Below are positions 1 to 13,432 of a stretch of 36,373 nt of DNA, one piece after another. Source of the DNA: Octopus bimaculoides (Eukaryota). Every line of letters begins with the position of its first letter. Position 1 is the stretch's first letter. The stretch covers positions 23,442,858 through 23,479,230 of the forward strand of contig NC_068994.1 of NCBI RefSeq assembly GCF_001194135.2, written 5' to 3'. The notes beneath the pieces were generated by a model. The model worked only from the letters and a program-made list of their open reading frames with translations. It made no database searches and was not told the DNA's origin. The translations under genes were made by a program, and so were the position numbers.

Positions 1-926
1 AAGGTATTTATGTAAAATTTCATTAAAAAACCCCATTTTCTTGTGAATTTTCCGAAGTCCTCTCCCCCATTGCTTTCCGCGCATCTTTGTTTTCATATTC
101 GTTTCCTATACATTTTTTTTACACCTGTAGCACTTTTTTTTAATTTCGTTTCCGAGTAATATTGTAAACATTAACCAACTTGATATGTGTGTGTGTGTGT
201 GTGTGTGTTTAAAAGCAGAATGACGGCATATGAAGTGGCCAGCTCTCTCTTATATCAAATCCTCCCGTCGTTTTTAAATAAAAGGATACACTGGATGAAA
301 ATAAATAAAAAAAACAAAACGTTTTAGTAAATAAAGTATTTACCTGAAAAGTTTACTTGGTGTTTGGTAACCTTGCCTTGCCATATCGTTGAACGTGAAC
401 GAGTAGTTTACAAAGTTAAGTCTTCGCTGTAATAAATGCCACTACGCTGTGTCCCTGATCTTTCAAAGTATTTGTAGTAGTCTAATGTAAGTAAGTGCTG
501 AAATCTCTATCGTCAGCTGTCCTACTTCAGACCCGACTAGTCAGGCTTGCTTGTATTTGCTCCACTTTGTCATTTGACAAATACTTTATAATATCGCTGA
601 CCTTCCTAATGACATTCTTCTATACTAGAGGCAAATAGATAAGTTTTTTTTTTTGGCTTTGGTTGTAATTTAGATTTATAATTTCTTTTCTAACTTTCTC
701 CTTTTCCCTCTCATTACTTACTTGTTTTATGTCCTTTCTTCCACTTTTCTCTCACACCCTTTTGACAGTACAATTTTTTTTCATGAAAACAATAATCGCT
801 CACAGCATGTTTTCTCTTATTTATCTAAATTGCTTTATTTTGTTACTCTCCTCTCTCTCTGCCTCTGTGTCTCTCTCCCTCTCTCTCACACACACGCTCT
901 TTCATATATTTATGTGTGTATGCGTA

Positions 927-969
<43 letters not shown>

Positions 970-1204
970 ACATATGTACACGCTACTACCTTATGGTAAG
1001 CCGTTGCCGCCAGATACGTGAACTTCCATGGTTACTAAACTTCCTGTTTAATTCCCAATTTTCATGTATCCCCGTAACACTCAGCTTAATATCCATTGCA
1101 TGTTATTTGCGCTTTATCACAGTTTTGTATTCACATCACAACGAGTCATTTTATTTGGGTTTCATCTGAAGGAAGGAGGCTGTGTCCATGACAATATGCA
1201 GACG

Positions 1205-1520
1205 CCCGAAGACGCCGTGATCGTTGCAGTTAATGTTCCTCTTGAACACCTGCAAGTCGACGACTGCTGGAAGATGATTTCAGAGGGGGTGATTTTTTGA
1301 GAAAAGACTCAACCGATGGTTGATGTGAGTCCTGGAGAAGAGAGACATAATATGGATGGCAAAAAGAGAGACCAATGAATAAGTAGTACCTAAGTGGAGG
1401 TGGTACGAAACCAGCTAGCTCGGAAGAGCAAGGACACTCAACTAACAATAGTGAAAAAACCGAACGAGAAGACAACACGGCTGTAGGACGATAAATTAAG
1501 AATATGTTAATGAACGACTG
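1205..1520 (-). mobile_element. CR1/L2-group LINE 3' end fragment
   Basis: CSSELAGFVPPPLR..HPYYVSL and, in a shifted frame, HLPAVVDLQVFKRNIN: the typical post-RT C-terminus of this group. Confidence 0.65.
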
Positions 1521-2184
1521 CATACAGTGATTTTTTCTTTAGATGTGGTCAAGGGTGTTTGCGTGTGAGACAGCAACACCGTTTTAAATGCTAGTTTCTC
1601 CTGGGTTCTGTTGAGAGTTTACAGTAGTAGGGGCCTAAAGTTTATTCCTAGAAATATTCATTGAAATATATATACATGTTTATATATGTTATTTGTGTGT
1701 AAGTGTTGGTCTATAAACACCTGTATATAGACTTAAACAGCAAGAAACACTTATACACAAATATGCCTAAATATATACAGGTATACAGATACACAAAATT
1801 CATGTTTAGGTTCATATCTAATATCGAAACAAAAAGCTTTCCTGCTTTATTTTTTAATCTATGTATTTAGATTTATTCTCTAACCGAACGGAATATAACC
1901 AATTAAATTTGTCTTCGATGCTAACCACATGATAATTAGGTTTGTGAAATTATATTTACTATATGTGGTAGTAAGAACTTTAAACGACAAATGTATGTCT
2001 GTCTATATGTTACAAAGAGCAAAAAATATAGGTGATTATATTTTTTCATCAGCAATAACGAGCGACAACTCCAGACGTATTTTATTTTTCTTGTAAGTTT
2101 TTTTTTTTTTTGGTATAGAACGTAGTCTTTTTCTACGTCACACGACCAGGTATAAACGAATAAATCATTATATAAGCTAGATAG

Positions 2185-2610
2185 TAAGTGACTGATTATG
2201 AAATTCGGATGAGATCCATAATAAAGTACTGCTCCGACATCTGGAATGGTGCAGCTGCTATACATATAGACATCTTGACCGTACATTATAACAAAAAAAC
2301 TCCATTGAATGGCATAAACTCGCTTACCACCACACATCAACGTTTGTCCACGGACATGCTGTCTTCTCACACTGTCCATTCTACAACTGCCATTGTGGCC
2401 TCTGTTCCTCAGAACTGGATGATTCCATGCGATCTCCTCACCCAAAGCTCTCCTGACGCCTCTCTTTTCCTCGTCCTCCATTTTTGTGCCTCTCTTCCAT
2501 GATCCGTATCGATCACTATGTCCAGTCCATTCGCTAGAATTCCTTTCCTTTCCCTGTTTTGTTTTTCTGGCTGCCTTCAACTTGCAATAGTTCAAGAGGT
2601 ATATCAAGCG
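2185..2610 (+). mobile_element. CR1/L2-group LINE 3' end fragment
   Basis: IRMRSIIKYCSDIWNGA, FYNCHCGLCSSEL, FNLQ*FKRYI; same region as the 1205-1520 fragment. Confidence 0.7.
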
Positions 2611-2746
2611 CGTTAATTTTACGTGTCTTGTAGGAACTGTAAATATCTTGAAACAGCCCCTACAAGATAGGTACCAATAAGAAAAAAGAGAATGGAACAG
2701 GTTACATTTACCTCAGGTGTCAAGTTGATAACTAGACAGTAAAGGG

Positions 2747-2794
2747 ATGTCAGTATTCGACAAATATGTCAGTATTCGACAAATATGTCAGTAT
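2747..2794. repeat. 19-bp tandem repeat ATGTCAGTATTCGACAAAT, about 2.5 copies
   Basis: Direct reading. Confidence 0.9.
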
Positions 2795-3044
2795 TTCTTT
2801 TCATCCATTCACAACAACAAGTGTATAATTCCGTACACTTACGTAAGTTACGGAGAAGGAACACTCTATCAAGAAAATACAAAACACATCTGGAGTTGTC
2901 TCACATAATTGTTGGTAAAGGAATATTAGCAATCGACCAACCTTATTTTACTTTAACATTATATATCATTGTGCATTGACAAGTGTTATAAGAATTGTTT
3001 TTAGTATAGACATAAGGCTTGATTTTTTAAATTTTTTAGTAGGA

Positions 3045-3520
3045 TTGTTAGTTGATACCATCGACTCCAGTATTTGACTGGTTTCGTCGAAACTGAAAGG
3101 CACAGCTAATGTCGGCGGGAAAGTAAATACAAAAAAGGCATTTTCACCGACTTGCAATGATTAACCAATACCTACGGTCCCAGTTCTTGGCTGGTGTATC
3201 ATTTTATCGACACCGGAAGAATGAAAGGCAAAGTTAACCTAGATTTGATTTCAGAATATGAAGAACCAGAATGAATAGCACTAAACAATTCTGTCAGCTT
3301 ATCGGTTTGACTAAAGTTATAAAAATTGGTTTCAATTTGGCATTAGGCCAGCCGTTTTCGGGGAATGTGATTAATCAATTACATCTATCTCAGTAATTGA
3401 CTGGTACAATATTTTATTGAAATGAGGTCAAATTGACTTCGGTAGGATTTGAACTTGGGACGTAAAGAGCCAGAAGAAATGCTAGTAAGCATTTTCGTCT
3501 GACTCGCTAACGATTCGACC
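3045..3520 (-). mobile_element. Cluster of two or three degraded SINE family B copies
   Basis: Recurrent GACTGGT..ATTTTAT..GAAAGGC..GAATTTGAAC..AAGCATTTT..CTAACGATTC motifs; best copy at 3326-3520. Confidence 0.6.
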
Positions 3521-3795
3521 AAAATACATTTTTATATAGAAAAGTATAAGAAAAAGTCCATTGTATGAGTTGAGTTCACACAATCTTTTCCTAATAGTTG
3601 TGTGAGAATAGCAAATATTGTGTGAGAAATCCACTCTGATAACTATCTATCAACATTTATGTATATATTTATACACATTTTCTATACGTTAAGGACAACG
3701 TATGTAAACTTATGACTCTCGTAACAATGGTTAACGTAATCAATCAATCCTTACTCCGAGAATTGCTGGACTTGTGCTAAAATTTGAAACGGCTG

Positions 3796-3924
<129 letters not shown>

Positions 3925-4052
3925 CTGTTATAATTATTAAGGCTGCAGCGTGCTGGAAGTACCAGTTGAGCACTGGAATCCATGTAATCGGCTCCACTTT
4001 TCCTTCAGAATGTTAGGCCTGCTGCCTATAGCAGAGCGATCATTATCATTAT

Positions 4053-4241
4053 TAACAGAATCATTAACAGACTGGACGAAACGCTTAGCAGCATTCCTTC
4101 TGACTTTACGTTCTCAAATCAAATTCCGTCGAGGTTACCTTTACCTTTCATCCTTTTCAGGATCGATCAAACAAGTACCAGGTCGATGTAATCGACTGTC
4201 CCCTCCCCCAAATTTGAAGTCTTGTGCCTATAGTAGAAAGG

Positions 4242-4280
<39 letters not shown>
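4053..4280 (+). mobile_element. SINE family B with (ATT)n tail
   Basis: ACAGAATCATTAAC..ACGTTCTCAAATC..AAGTACCAG..GTAATCGAC..TAGTAGAAAGG(ATT)n. Confidence 0.75.
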
Positions 4281-4283
<3 letters not shown>

Positions 4284-5267
4284 TAGTTTTATTTTATTTT
4301 TATAACGTGCTTTCACTTCACTACCGAGCGCAGCTCTGTGCGCCTTGGGTATGTGCTGTGGTTTGCTGTGGTGCTCTTATGGTTACTGTATTGAAAGTGT
4401 TTTGCGTAGGATGTGTGCTGTGCCCAGTAGTGCAATTTTCTGTATGTTATATACATTTGTAAGTCCTGGTGTTTTTGTTATGTATTTGTCTGAATATTTT
4501 TTTATTATACCTAAGGCACCTACTATAATAGGAATTGTTTCTGTTTTTAGATTCCACATTCGAGTTACCTCTATTNNNNNNNNNNNNNNNNNNNNNNNNN
4601 NNNNNNNNNNNNNNNNNNNNNNNNNNNNNNNNNNNNNNNNNNNNNNNNNNNNNNNNNNNNNNNNNNNNNNNNNNNNNNNNNNNNNNNNNNNNNNNNNNNN
4701 NNNNNNNNNNNNNNNNNNNNNNNNNNNNNNNNNNNNNNNNNNNNNNNNNNNNNNNNNNNNNNNNNNNNNNNNNNNNNNNNNNNNNNNNNNNNNNNNNNNN
4801 NNNNNNNNNNNNNNNNNNNNNNNNNNNNNNNNNNNNNNNNNNNNNNNNNNNNNNNNNNNNNNNNNNNNNNNNNNNNNNNNNNNNNNNNNNNNNNNNNNNN
4901 NNNNNNNNNNNNNNNNNNNNNNNNNNNNNNNNNNNNNNNNNNNNNNNNNNNNNNNNNNNNNNNNNNNNNNNNNNNNNNNNNNNNNNNNNNNNNNNNNNNN
5001 NNNNNNNNNNNNNNNNNNNNNNNNNNNNNNNNNNNNNNNNNNNNNNNNNNNNNNNNNNNNNNNNNNNNNNNNNNNNNNNNNNNNNNNNNNNNNNNNNNNN
5101 NNNNNNNNNNNNNNNNNNNNNNNNNNNNNNNNNNNNNNNNNNNNNNNNNNNNNNNNNNNNNNNNNNNNNNNNNNNNNNNNNNNNNNNNNNNNNNNNNNNN
5201 NNNNNNNNNNNNNNNNNNNNNNNNNNNNNNNNNNNNNNNNNNNNNNNNNNNNNNNNNNNNNNNNNNN

Positions 5268-5317
<50 letters not shown>

Positions 5318-5612
5318 CTCTTTGTCACAAGTTTTGTTAGAGCTCCTGGAGTTTTGCATGCGTAGCGGCTTACTATCTATAGCCTACAGTACATGCCATT
5401 CGCTCTTTTCAGCTATTAAATACTTTCCTGATTATTCTGGCCGTGTCAAGGAGGCAAACCTTTTGTAACAGTTCTACTGGGCACCCTATTCAAATTTCCT
5501 TTATATTCCTCTTGATGCCTTCTGATACTGTTCCCAATGACCAAACAATAATTGGCACCATCTTCGCCTTCTTCATTCTCCATTGCCAAGCTATTTCGTA
5601 CTTAAGAGAGTC

Positions 5613-5662
<50 letters not shown>

Positions 5663-5667
5663 GTCTA

Positions 5668-5720
<53 letters not shown>

Positions 5721-5730
5721 CCGTCTGTCC

Positions 5731-5803
<73 letters not shown>

Positions 5804-5804
5804 A

Positions 5805-5866
<62 letters not shown>

Positions 5867-7995
5867 CTCTTTTCGCCTTCCTTCTTGACTATTCGTGGGT
5901 CAAAGGGGCATGCGACATCAACTATATAGCATATGTGGTGCATCTTGTCGACCACCACAAGGTCCGGTCTGTTATGCTCTAGCACCTGATCTGTTTGGAT
6001 TGGGAGATCCCAGAGGATTTTGCTAGTTTCCGTCTCTGCCACTCTGCTGTGTGTTCATACCACGTCTTGCCTCTCTCTAGTCCCCACTTTTCGCACAGTT
6101 TCCAATTTTAACACTTTCGCTACCTGGACGTGTCGCCACAGCTTGTAATAGTTTTGGGCAAGTCTAGGGTATTCGTTCATGATATGGGCAATGGTTTCAT
6201 CCACTGTATTGCAGATGTGGCACAATGGAGACACTTGTTCATTCCTAATATTGACCCTCCAGTTCGTGGCCAAAGCTTGATCTTGCGCTGCCAGTATAGT
6301 ACTCTCGGTCTTTTTTTTTAGGGTTCCTTTTATCGGCCAGTCCCACCTATGTTTTCCAGCAACTTCCGTTGTGGCTGTAGGGAATTGATTGTTTAGTCCC
6401 TTCTTGCGAAATTCTTCTTCATGTCCTTTTTGTACTTCTTCCTTTGTTTTTCCTTTTTTCTCTGCTCTCGATACTCCCTCATTCCTAACTGTCACTAGTA
6501 AGGTTTCCTTACTTTGGGCTAGATATCTCATTAAGCTCTTGAGTTCGATACGCACGCAATCTTCCACACTTACCAGTGCTCTTCCTCCATTTGCTCTCTT
6601 CATGTATAGGCGATCAGTGTCTGCACGTGGATGATGGGCTCCATGCATCGTTAGGAGCTTTCTTGACTTCCTGTCCATCTTCTTTAGCTCTCCCTCTGTC
6701 CACCTCAGGATTCCAGCGCCATACCGAACTACTGTGACTGCGCGCGAGTTTTTTTGCCGAAATTATGTTCCTGGCATTCTGCTTTGAAGCCAATGTTTTT
6801 CTCACTCGCCGCAAGAACTCTCTTTTTGTCTTTTCCTTCATGTCGTGGTGTTTGATTCCATCTACCTGACGTATTCCCAAGTATTTATAGCTAAATTGAA
6901 ATTGAATTGCCTTCATCATGTCACCACTTGGCAACCATGTCCCTTCTGTCATAGCAAGCTTTCCTTATCTCATCACCGTCGCTGCACATTTTGAGAGTCT
7001 AACTCCATCTTAATATTGTTGGAGAAAGTTCGCACAGACTGGACTAGGCTGTCCATTTCTACCTTAGTTTTTGTGAATAGCTTCAGGTCGTCCATGTATA
7101 GTAAGTGGTTTAGTTTTCACTTACATCTTCCCAGATCATACCCCAACTTTGTTTTCTGTAGTATTTCACTCAAGGGAATCATTCCCAGCACGAATATCAG
7201 TAGGGACACACTTTTCCCCTGGAAGATTCCTCTCTTGATTTTCACTTCTAGTACTTGCTTCCTAGCTGTCAATTCCATTCTCCAGCATTTCATGCTATTC
7301 CATATAAGGCTTCTCATATTCTCTGCTACTCCATACTTTCCGGAGTGTGGTACCATATCGTATGTTTTGCGATAGTTAACCCATACCATGTTCAGGTTTG
7401 TATGTCTTCTCTTGCAGATCCTGATAATTAGATTATCAATTAAGAGCTGATCTTCATTGACCGGCTCATTGGGTAACAGTCCACTTTTTTCCAAGTATCT
7501 GTACAGTTCACCGGTCAAAGCACCTGACGTTAGTTAACATATTAGCGAAAATCACGTTATAGGTCTAAAGTTGGATGCTACATTTCCCTTTTCAGGATCC
7601 TTGCCACCTAACAATGTTTTTTCCTTTGTCATCCAACTGCCTTCCTGCAAGCACTCATCTAGCTGTTGTGCTATCTTTTCATGGCTTCTTCATCCAATAA
7701 CCTTGGACCCCATTCGGTCTTGGGCTCTTCTAATTTGGGAATTTTATTAACTGTTTATAACTTCTGTAGTTATCTTTATGTCTTCTTGCACTTCTATATT
7801 TAATAACTTATCTTGAATTTCATGCAGGCACTCCGCGTCGTCATTATGATCTACAGGTTGGTCCCAGATCCGTCTCAAGAATGCCTTGCTTTCCTCTCCA
7901 TCTAGTATTATTGTTACGTGTATTTGCCCATTTAGTTCCTGAAACAGTTTCTTCTGATTTGCTTTAAACAATCTGTTTTACCTGAACTGTCTTTT
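5268..7995 (-). mobile_element. R4/Dong-clade non-LTR retrotransposon (RT + zinc-finger region + restriction-like endonuclease), 5'-truncated and decayed
   Basis: LNHLLYMDDLKLF (YMDD at 7087-7098), [66 protein letters not shown], then after the microsatellite [37 protein letters not shown], followed by an (ATA)n tail. Several frameshifts and stops. Confidence 0.92.
5613..5865. repeat. Compound (TATC)n-(TGTC)n-(TATC)n microsatellite
   Basis: Direct reading. Confidence 0.98.
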
Positions 7996-8200
7996 TCAGC
8001 TGTTGTTGTTGTTGTTATTACTATTAAGCGAGCTCTACCCAACAACTGTTGTATAATACTTCTATTGTGACAGTAGTCGTGGGATTACAGTTCTACTGTG
8101 AATTCCAGATTAGTGTAAAACTTAGGTAATAGGTATGACATAAGAACTTTACGCCGGTAGATGACATGTATTCTGTGAAAACTTCATACTTGCAATCTTG

Positions 8201-8332
<132 letters not shown>

Positions 8333-8479
8333 CTTTATACACACGCTTATGATGATGATGGCAGAATCTCGTAGTCCGCGAAAGACAGTTCTGAAATTGC
8401 TTGCAGAACTTGTATAAATGATTTGGTTATAGCCATTAAATGTTCGTGCTGCATTAAAATTGACAATGCCTGTACAGGT

Positions 8480-8637
8480 GCAGAGTGTGTCATACAACAA
8501 GTATCGAAGTGATTGCAGAGCAACGTGAGTTGAAGTGCTTTGCTCCAGAGTACAATGCACCACCCGGTCTAGAAATTGAAACCACGATCTCGTGATCGTG
8601 AGTGCAACACCCGAACCACTAGGTCACGCGCCCTCAC
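8480..8637 (-). mobile_element. tRNA-derived SINE family C
   Basis: Minus strand GTGAGGGCGCGTGACCTAGTGGTTCGGGTGTTGCACTCACGATCACGAGATCGTGGTTTCAATTTC: tRNA-like head with A and B boxes. Confidence 0.7.
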
Positions 8638-10489
8638 CTACGCACATATGCATTCTGATAAATCTGTGATCGTTAATTATAGCTGGCATGTTTGCTGTGA
8701 GAGATTTAGTAAGTGTCGTGCAGAGGTGAGTAATGATACATTGATTGTGTTAACAGTGGGATTATGCCAGGTTTTAATGCTGCCATATTCCCTCACTGAG
8801 CCTATTGGGTAAATTATTCCACTCCAACTGATAAATGTTTCTCAAAGATTTAAAAGATGCTTCAATTCTAAAGATGAATTATCCTACTCATCATCATCCT
8901 GCTCATCGCTATGCTGAGCGAGAGTAATTAAACAGTGGTCTCGGTAGCAAATGTGTGAGAGTAACAGTTGCAATCAAAAGAATTATAGTTTGTAAAGGCT
9001 TCAGAGGAATTGTAACAACGTTATCAAAACACAGAGCAACCACATTGATATTGAAACAATACTAACCTCTAAAAGAAAATTAATAACTGAGTGACTAGAT
9101 TGACAGTTTCATCTTCACATCAACGCAGTTTCTTTCTTGAATAGTTCAACAATTACAGTAGTGATAAATAATAGAAACAATATTTATATATCATCATCAT
9201 CATCTTCCCTTCTCCACTCCATCCTCTACTTGTTTTGCTCCTCCTTCTTTCCTTCCCTCTCACCCCTCCCCACCAACGTTATCAGCAGCTGCAGCAGCAG
9301 CAGCAAGAATTTTATATCTTTTTCCTCTCCCCATCTACCTCTCATCATCATCATCATTACTTCCATGATGCGTTCATTATTATCTGCACCATGATCACAC
9401 AGCAGATTCACCAGCAACAACAACAATAACTTCACTGATCGGAAATTATACTATTTCCAATTATCAAAGAAAATTGTAAAAAAAAAAATATCCCCAGAAA
9501 TATGAAAAGAAAACATTCTAAACAAACGCTATAAAAAAATATATTTATTCATTTTCAAAGTGTGAAAATATTTTATCGACATGAGGAGAAAAAAAGCAAA
9601 AAAAAACAAAGAGAAACCATAAATATGATAGAAATGATGGATATTCTTTGAAAGTGAAGAACAATTTATCAGCCACCAAATCTCACTGGTCCTACAATTA
9701 AAAAAATACTGTTTTGTCGATAAAATCGATATTTGAAATTAACAGAGGCCTAATCAATTGTATTCAATTACTCAAAGTTTTTGATCAAGGATCAATATGG
9801 AAATTGAGTCATAATTATGGTGTCAGCCGGACCGCCTTGACTTGTTTCTACGAAGTCTTGGAAACGGTGGATAAAACATTACATCTAACGCTAGGAGAAA
9901 GAAAAATATTTTACACACAATCCAATTTACTCTATAGTTGGCACAAACAAAATAATAAATAAGATATTTTATTCAGAAATGGAAGAAAGGTCAAAAGTTA
10001 AGTAGGGGAAAACAAGAATGGAAAACTAGAAATGCGCAAAAATTAAATAGAATAGAAAAGAAATGTATATTTGCTTCTGGGTTAACTTATATAACAAAAA
10101 TAATACAATTACTACCGTAACAGACGATGGTTAGATATTTACAAGTCAAAATCTTTCATATTTTTTCTAACTGCTTTGGGTATTTTTGTTCCCAGTTATA
10201 GACTAGTAGATATGTTTTGGGGATAAAAAATTTGATTGTTTTTGAGGTTTAGTTCAGCAGATGACTTTTGTCAATAAATATGTGAATGCCTGACTCTCTT
10301 ATGCTAATAATCCATGTAGAGACTCAATAGTTGGACCTGCAGTGCCCGGACGTTCGTCTCGGATAAACTAAAACCAGACCTCAAACCAATATAACTTATA
10401 AAGTGCTGAAATATATAACTAATAAATTGAGCATATGGAGCATATTTATGGAATTCTTTGATATATATAGATTAATTTGCGTATACACA

Positions 10490-11620
10490 TGACTGGTTTT
10501 CTTTTCTATGTGAATCAGTTGGGGGTGAAGTCAGAAAAGGTAATGGGAGAATCTGTAAAAAGAGGGCATACAGCTAACAAGAAGAGTAGACAGTGTTATA
10601 GCAGAGATTGAAGGCAGAGAGAGGAAGCTACGTGTTTTTGAGCAAGTGATTGTAGCTTTGGTGAGCGAGGAAATTCAATAGCCTTTTGGATGTGGTCTGA
10701 GATATCTCTTTGAAACAATAGCTCGTTCTGTTTATGTGAACGGTGCTCCAGCATGATATATACTTGAGTTTTGTAGAGGATCAGTAACAGACTATATTTT
10801 CTTTTATCTTTTACTTGTTTCAGTCATTAGACTGCGGCCATACTGGGGCACCCTATTGAAAAAAATTTTGTTGAATGAATTGAGACCAGTACTTATTTTT
10901 TAAAATCTTGATGCTTATTCTACCGGTCATTTTGCCGAACCACTAAGTTACGAGGAGGTAAACACACCAGCNNNNNNNNNNNNNNNNNNNNNNNNNNNNN
11001 TATATATATATATATATGACAGGCTTTTTTCAGTTTCCGTTTACCAAATCACACACAAAACTTTGGTCATCCCGAAGTTATAGAAGAAGACACCTGCCCG
11101 AGATGCCACGCAGTGGGACTGAAACCGTAGTCATGTGGTTGGAAAGTAAACTTCTTACCACACAGCCACGCCTATTAGGGATGAATACATTTGTTTTGTA
11201 TTCTTGGTAACGGTATACACGAGAATTATAAGAAAATTGATGGCCAGAGATATTTGTATCGATTTTAAGGTTTTAATGGTGTTATTAATAAGTCGGGAGT
11301 AAAAGGTATAGCGCTTTACTTCCTTGAAAGGCATTGTCTTGTCAGTTTCCTCTTCAATGACGATTATTCTTGGAACCAGTGTATACCAGCACAAGATGTT
11401 TAGGTTGCACTTGGATGATGCGTATAACCTGAATGTTGGTCGAGAGAATGGTGGTATCATCAGCATTAAAGTGTATATTGTTAGGAGGGAGGAAAAACAT
11501 ACAGAAGAAAGCGCGTGGCGAACATGGTCGAACTGTTAGGTACATAAGAGTTGTTAGAGCATGAATTGCTCGTTCAAAACATACTCTAGCTCTTAAACTG
11601 CCACTATCTGTAAATAAGAC
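10490..11620 (-). mobile_element. CR1/L2-group LINE RT remnant interrupted by a SINE
   Basis: VPNSS..RFLLYV, NNIHFNADDTT and LVLVYTGSKN at about 11350-11560; DHIQKAI and LQSLAQKHVASSLCL at about 10570-10700. The order is collinear with RT followed by the C-terminus. Confidence 0.6.
10800..11175 (-). mobile_element. SINE family A
   Basis: Same head and tail; a gap lies in the internal (TA)n. Confidence 0.85.
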
Positions 11621-12037
11621 AGGATGATTAGACTGATATGCCCCAGATAATAGGTCTGTTCGATCAGGGATGACTTTTGTCTGTGGGTTGTTTCAAATTT
11701 GAATGAAGGCAACGAGTTCTCCCACCCGTGCATTTGCTTGATAACCCGATGTCTGACTGCTCTGAATTAAAATCGCACCATAAGTTGCCTTGCATAGAAA
11801 AGTCGATACTGGAATCAATTCAATCGAAAAATTGGCTTTGAGCCTAGTAAAATATAAATCTTTATTGTTGTTGCTAATTCTGACATTAATATTCGAGTTA
11901 ATTATTTTGATAATTATCTTCATATCTATTATCTACTATCTTGTAATAAACCTACATATCTCTCCAAATTTCAGCAGCTTATGTAAACTTGACATCTCTC
12001 TTTTGTCGAGTAAATACATTACTCTTTACTGAGACGA

Positions 12038-12085
12038 TTTCTGGGACTTATAAGGATTTCTGGGACTTATAAGGATTTCTGGGAG
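12038..12085. repeat. 19-bp tandem repeat TTTCTGGGACTTATAAGGA, about 2.5 copies
   Basis: Direct reading; a further degenerate ACTTATAAGAATTTTC follows. Confidence 0.9.
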
Positions 12086-12175
12086 TTATTAGAAACTCAG
12101 ACTTATAAGAATTTTCAGATCGAAGTATTTCCACATAAAATACTCCATTATTATTAATCTGTTATTCTTATATTA

Positions 12176-12383
12176 ATTTCAAATTTTGGCACAAGGCCAG
12201 AAATTTCGAGGGAAAGGGTAAGTAGATTATATTGACCTCGGTGTCCAATTGGTACTTATTTATCGACCACGAAAGGTAACAGGCAAAGTCGACCTCGGTG
12301 AAATTTGAACTCAGAACTTTAAGACAGACAAAATGCCGCTAAGCATTTTCCCCGGTGCTAACGATTCTGTCAACTCACCACCT
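12176..12383 (-). mobile_element. SINE family B
   Basis: Reverse complement similar to 33298-33480. Confidence 0.8.
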
Positions 12384-13029
12384 TATGTTATTCTTATATT
12401 AGTATGTTATCGTTGCTTTACGAAATATCGCTATAAAATTATAAAGTAAAGAAAAAGAAACGAAAAAGAAGCTACACAAATTCATAATAAAATTGATATC
12501 AAAATAGGTATTACTAGTTATTTTTGTATACATCTGTATGCATTATATACATACGAAGTCTGATTAATAAGTATACGGACTGTTGCCATAATAACGAAGC
12601 TAATGCACGCAGAGTGAAGCCACTTGGCACAGATTGACCTTGAACTCTACTGTGCATGCACACCAAGTTTTACCGTTCTAGCATAATCCGCTGTTTACAG
12701 CAGTGCTTGGAAGGAAGGAAGGTGTGTAGCGTGTGATCGTCACATTGACCATGACAGAGAAAGTTGTTATGGCGATACCTGCTTAGAGCCCAATGTAAAG
12801 TTGTAGAAAGTGTATGGAGGGGAGTGTATGAGCCACACACATATGCATGAGTGATTCCAAGATAGTCAAAAAATGTCGATATTGACGAACATTCTGGGAG
12901 ACCCGCAACAAGGAGAACTGAGAAAAACATCAAGAATGTGCGTACAGCTGGGAGGGGAAATCGTTTAACCACTATTCATGAGTTATCAGCGGATATGCCG
13001 ATCAGTTACTCTTCAGTTCAGTCCATTAC

Positions 13030-13432
13030 CATTGAAACTTTCAGTTGTATAATTCATCACTATAGTTTGCTTCGATTGGTACTCAAGGGCAGAATCCACT
13101 AGGAAAAGGCCCATTTCGTTTCCGCGTGCATGGACAAATTTCCCACAGAACTTCACATATTCATCCAAATGAAAGCAAGCGAAGACAATATGCTTAGCTT
13201 TATGTTGTAGACAGCGCCCGAGCAGTAGAAATAAGAAATCAGAATCACTCCAATTCAGGCTGCTTACAAGAAGTGCTCGAAAACATGGATAATATTATTC
13301 GTAGGGATAATGTGTATGCTCAGTCTTTTCAAACACTTCAGGAAATTGAAGTACAAGGAGAACAGCGCGCTCAAGAAGAAAACATTGATATGCCAAGCGT
13401 CGACTTAGTATTCAAAAGAGATCGTAATACAG
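13030..13432 (+). mobile_element. Helitron Rep/helicase N-terminal region fragment
   Basis: YNSSL*FASIG..PLGKGPFRFRVHGQI/HRTSHIHPNESKRRQYA*LYVVDS..SGCLQEVLENMDNIIRRDNVYAQSF, matching the conserved Helitron pre-Rep region. Confidence 0.8.

Noticed and set aside
2747-2794. Short tandem repeats as CRISPR-like arrays (also 12038-12085, 30766-30822, 35286-35457)
   Set aside because: Head-to-tail repeats without unique spacers, or only two copies, in a eukaryotic context with no cas genes.
4345-5365. Long ORFs in the track (also 15147-16538, 23943-24749, 29780-30188)
   Set aside because: They consist mostly of X from N gaps.
8480-8637. SINE heads as real tRNA genes (families A, B and C)
   Set aside because: The tRNA-like part runs into shared non-tRNA bodies, cloverleaves are incomplete, and copies are diverged.
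9137-9435. Q/H/S-rich ORFs
   Set aside because: Low-complexity CAT/CAG/CT sequence with no splice or homology support.
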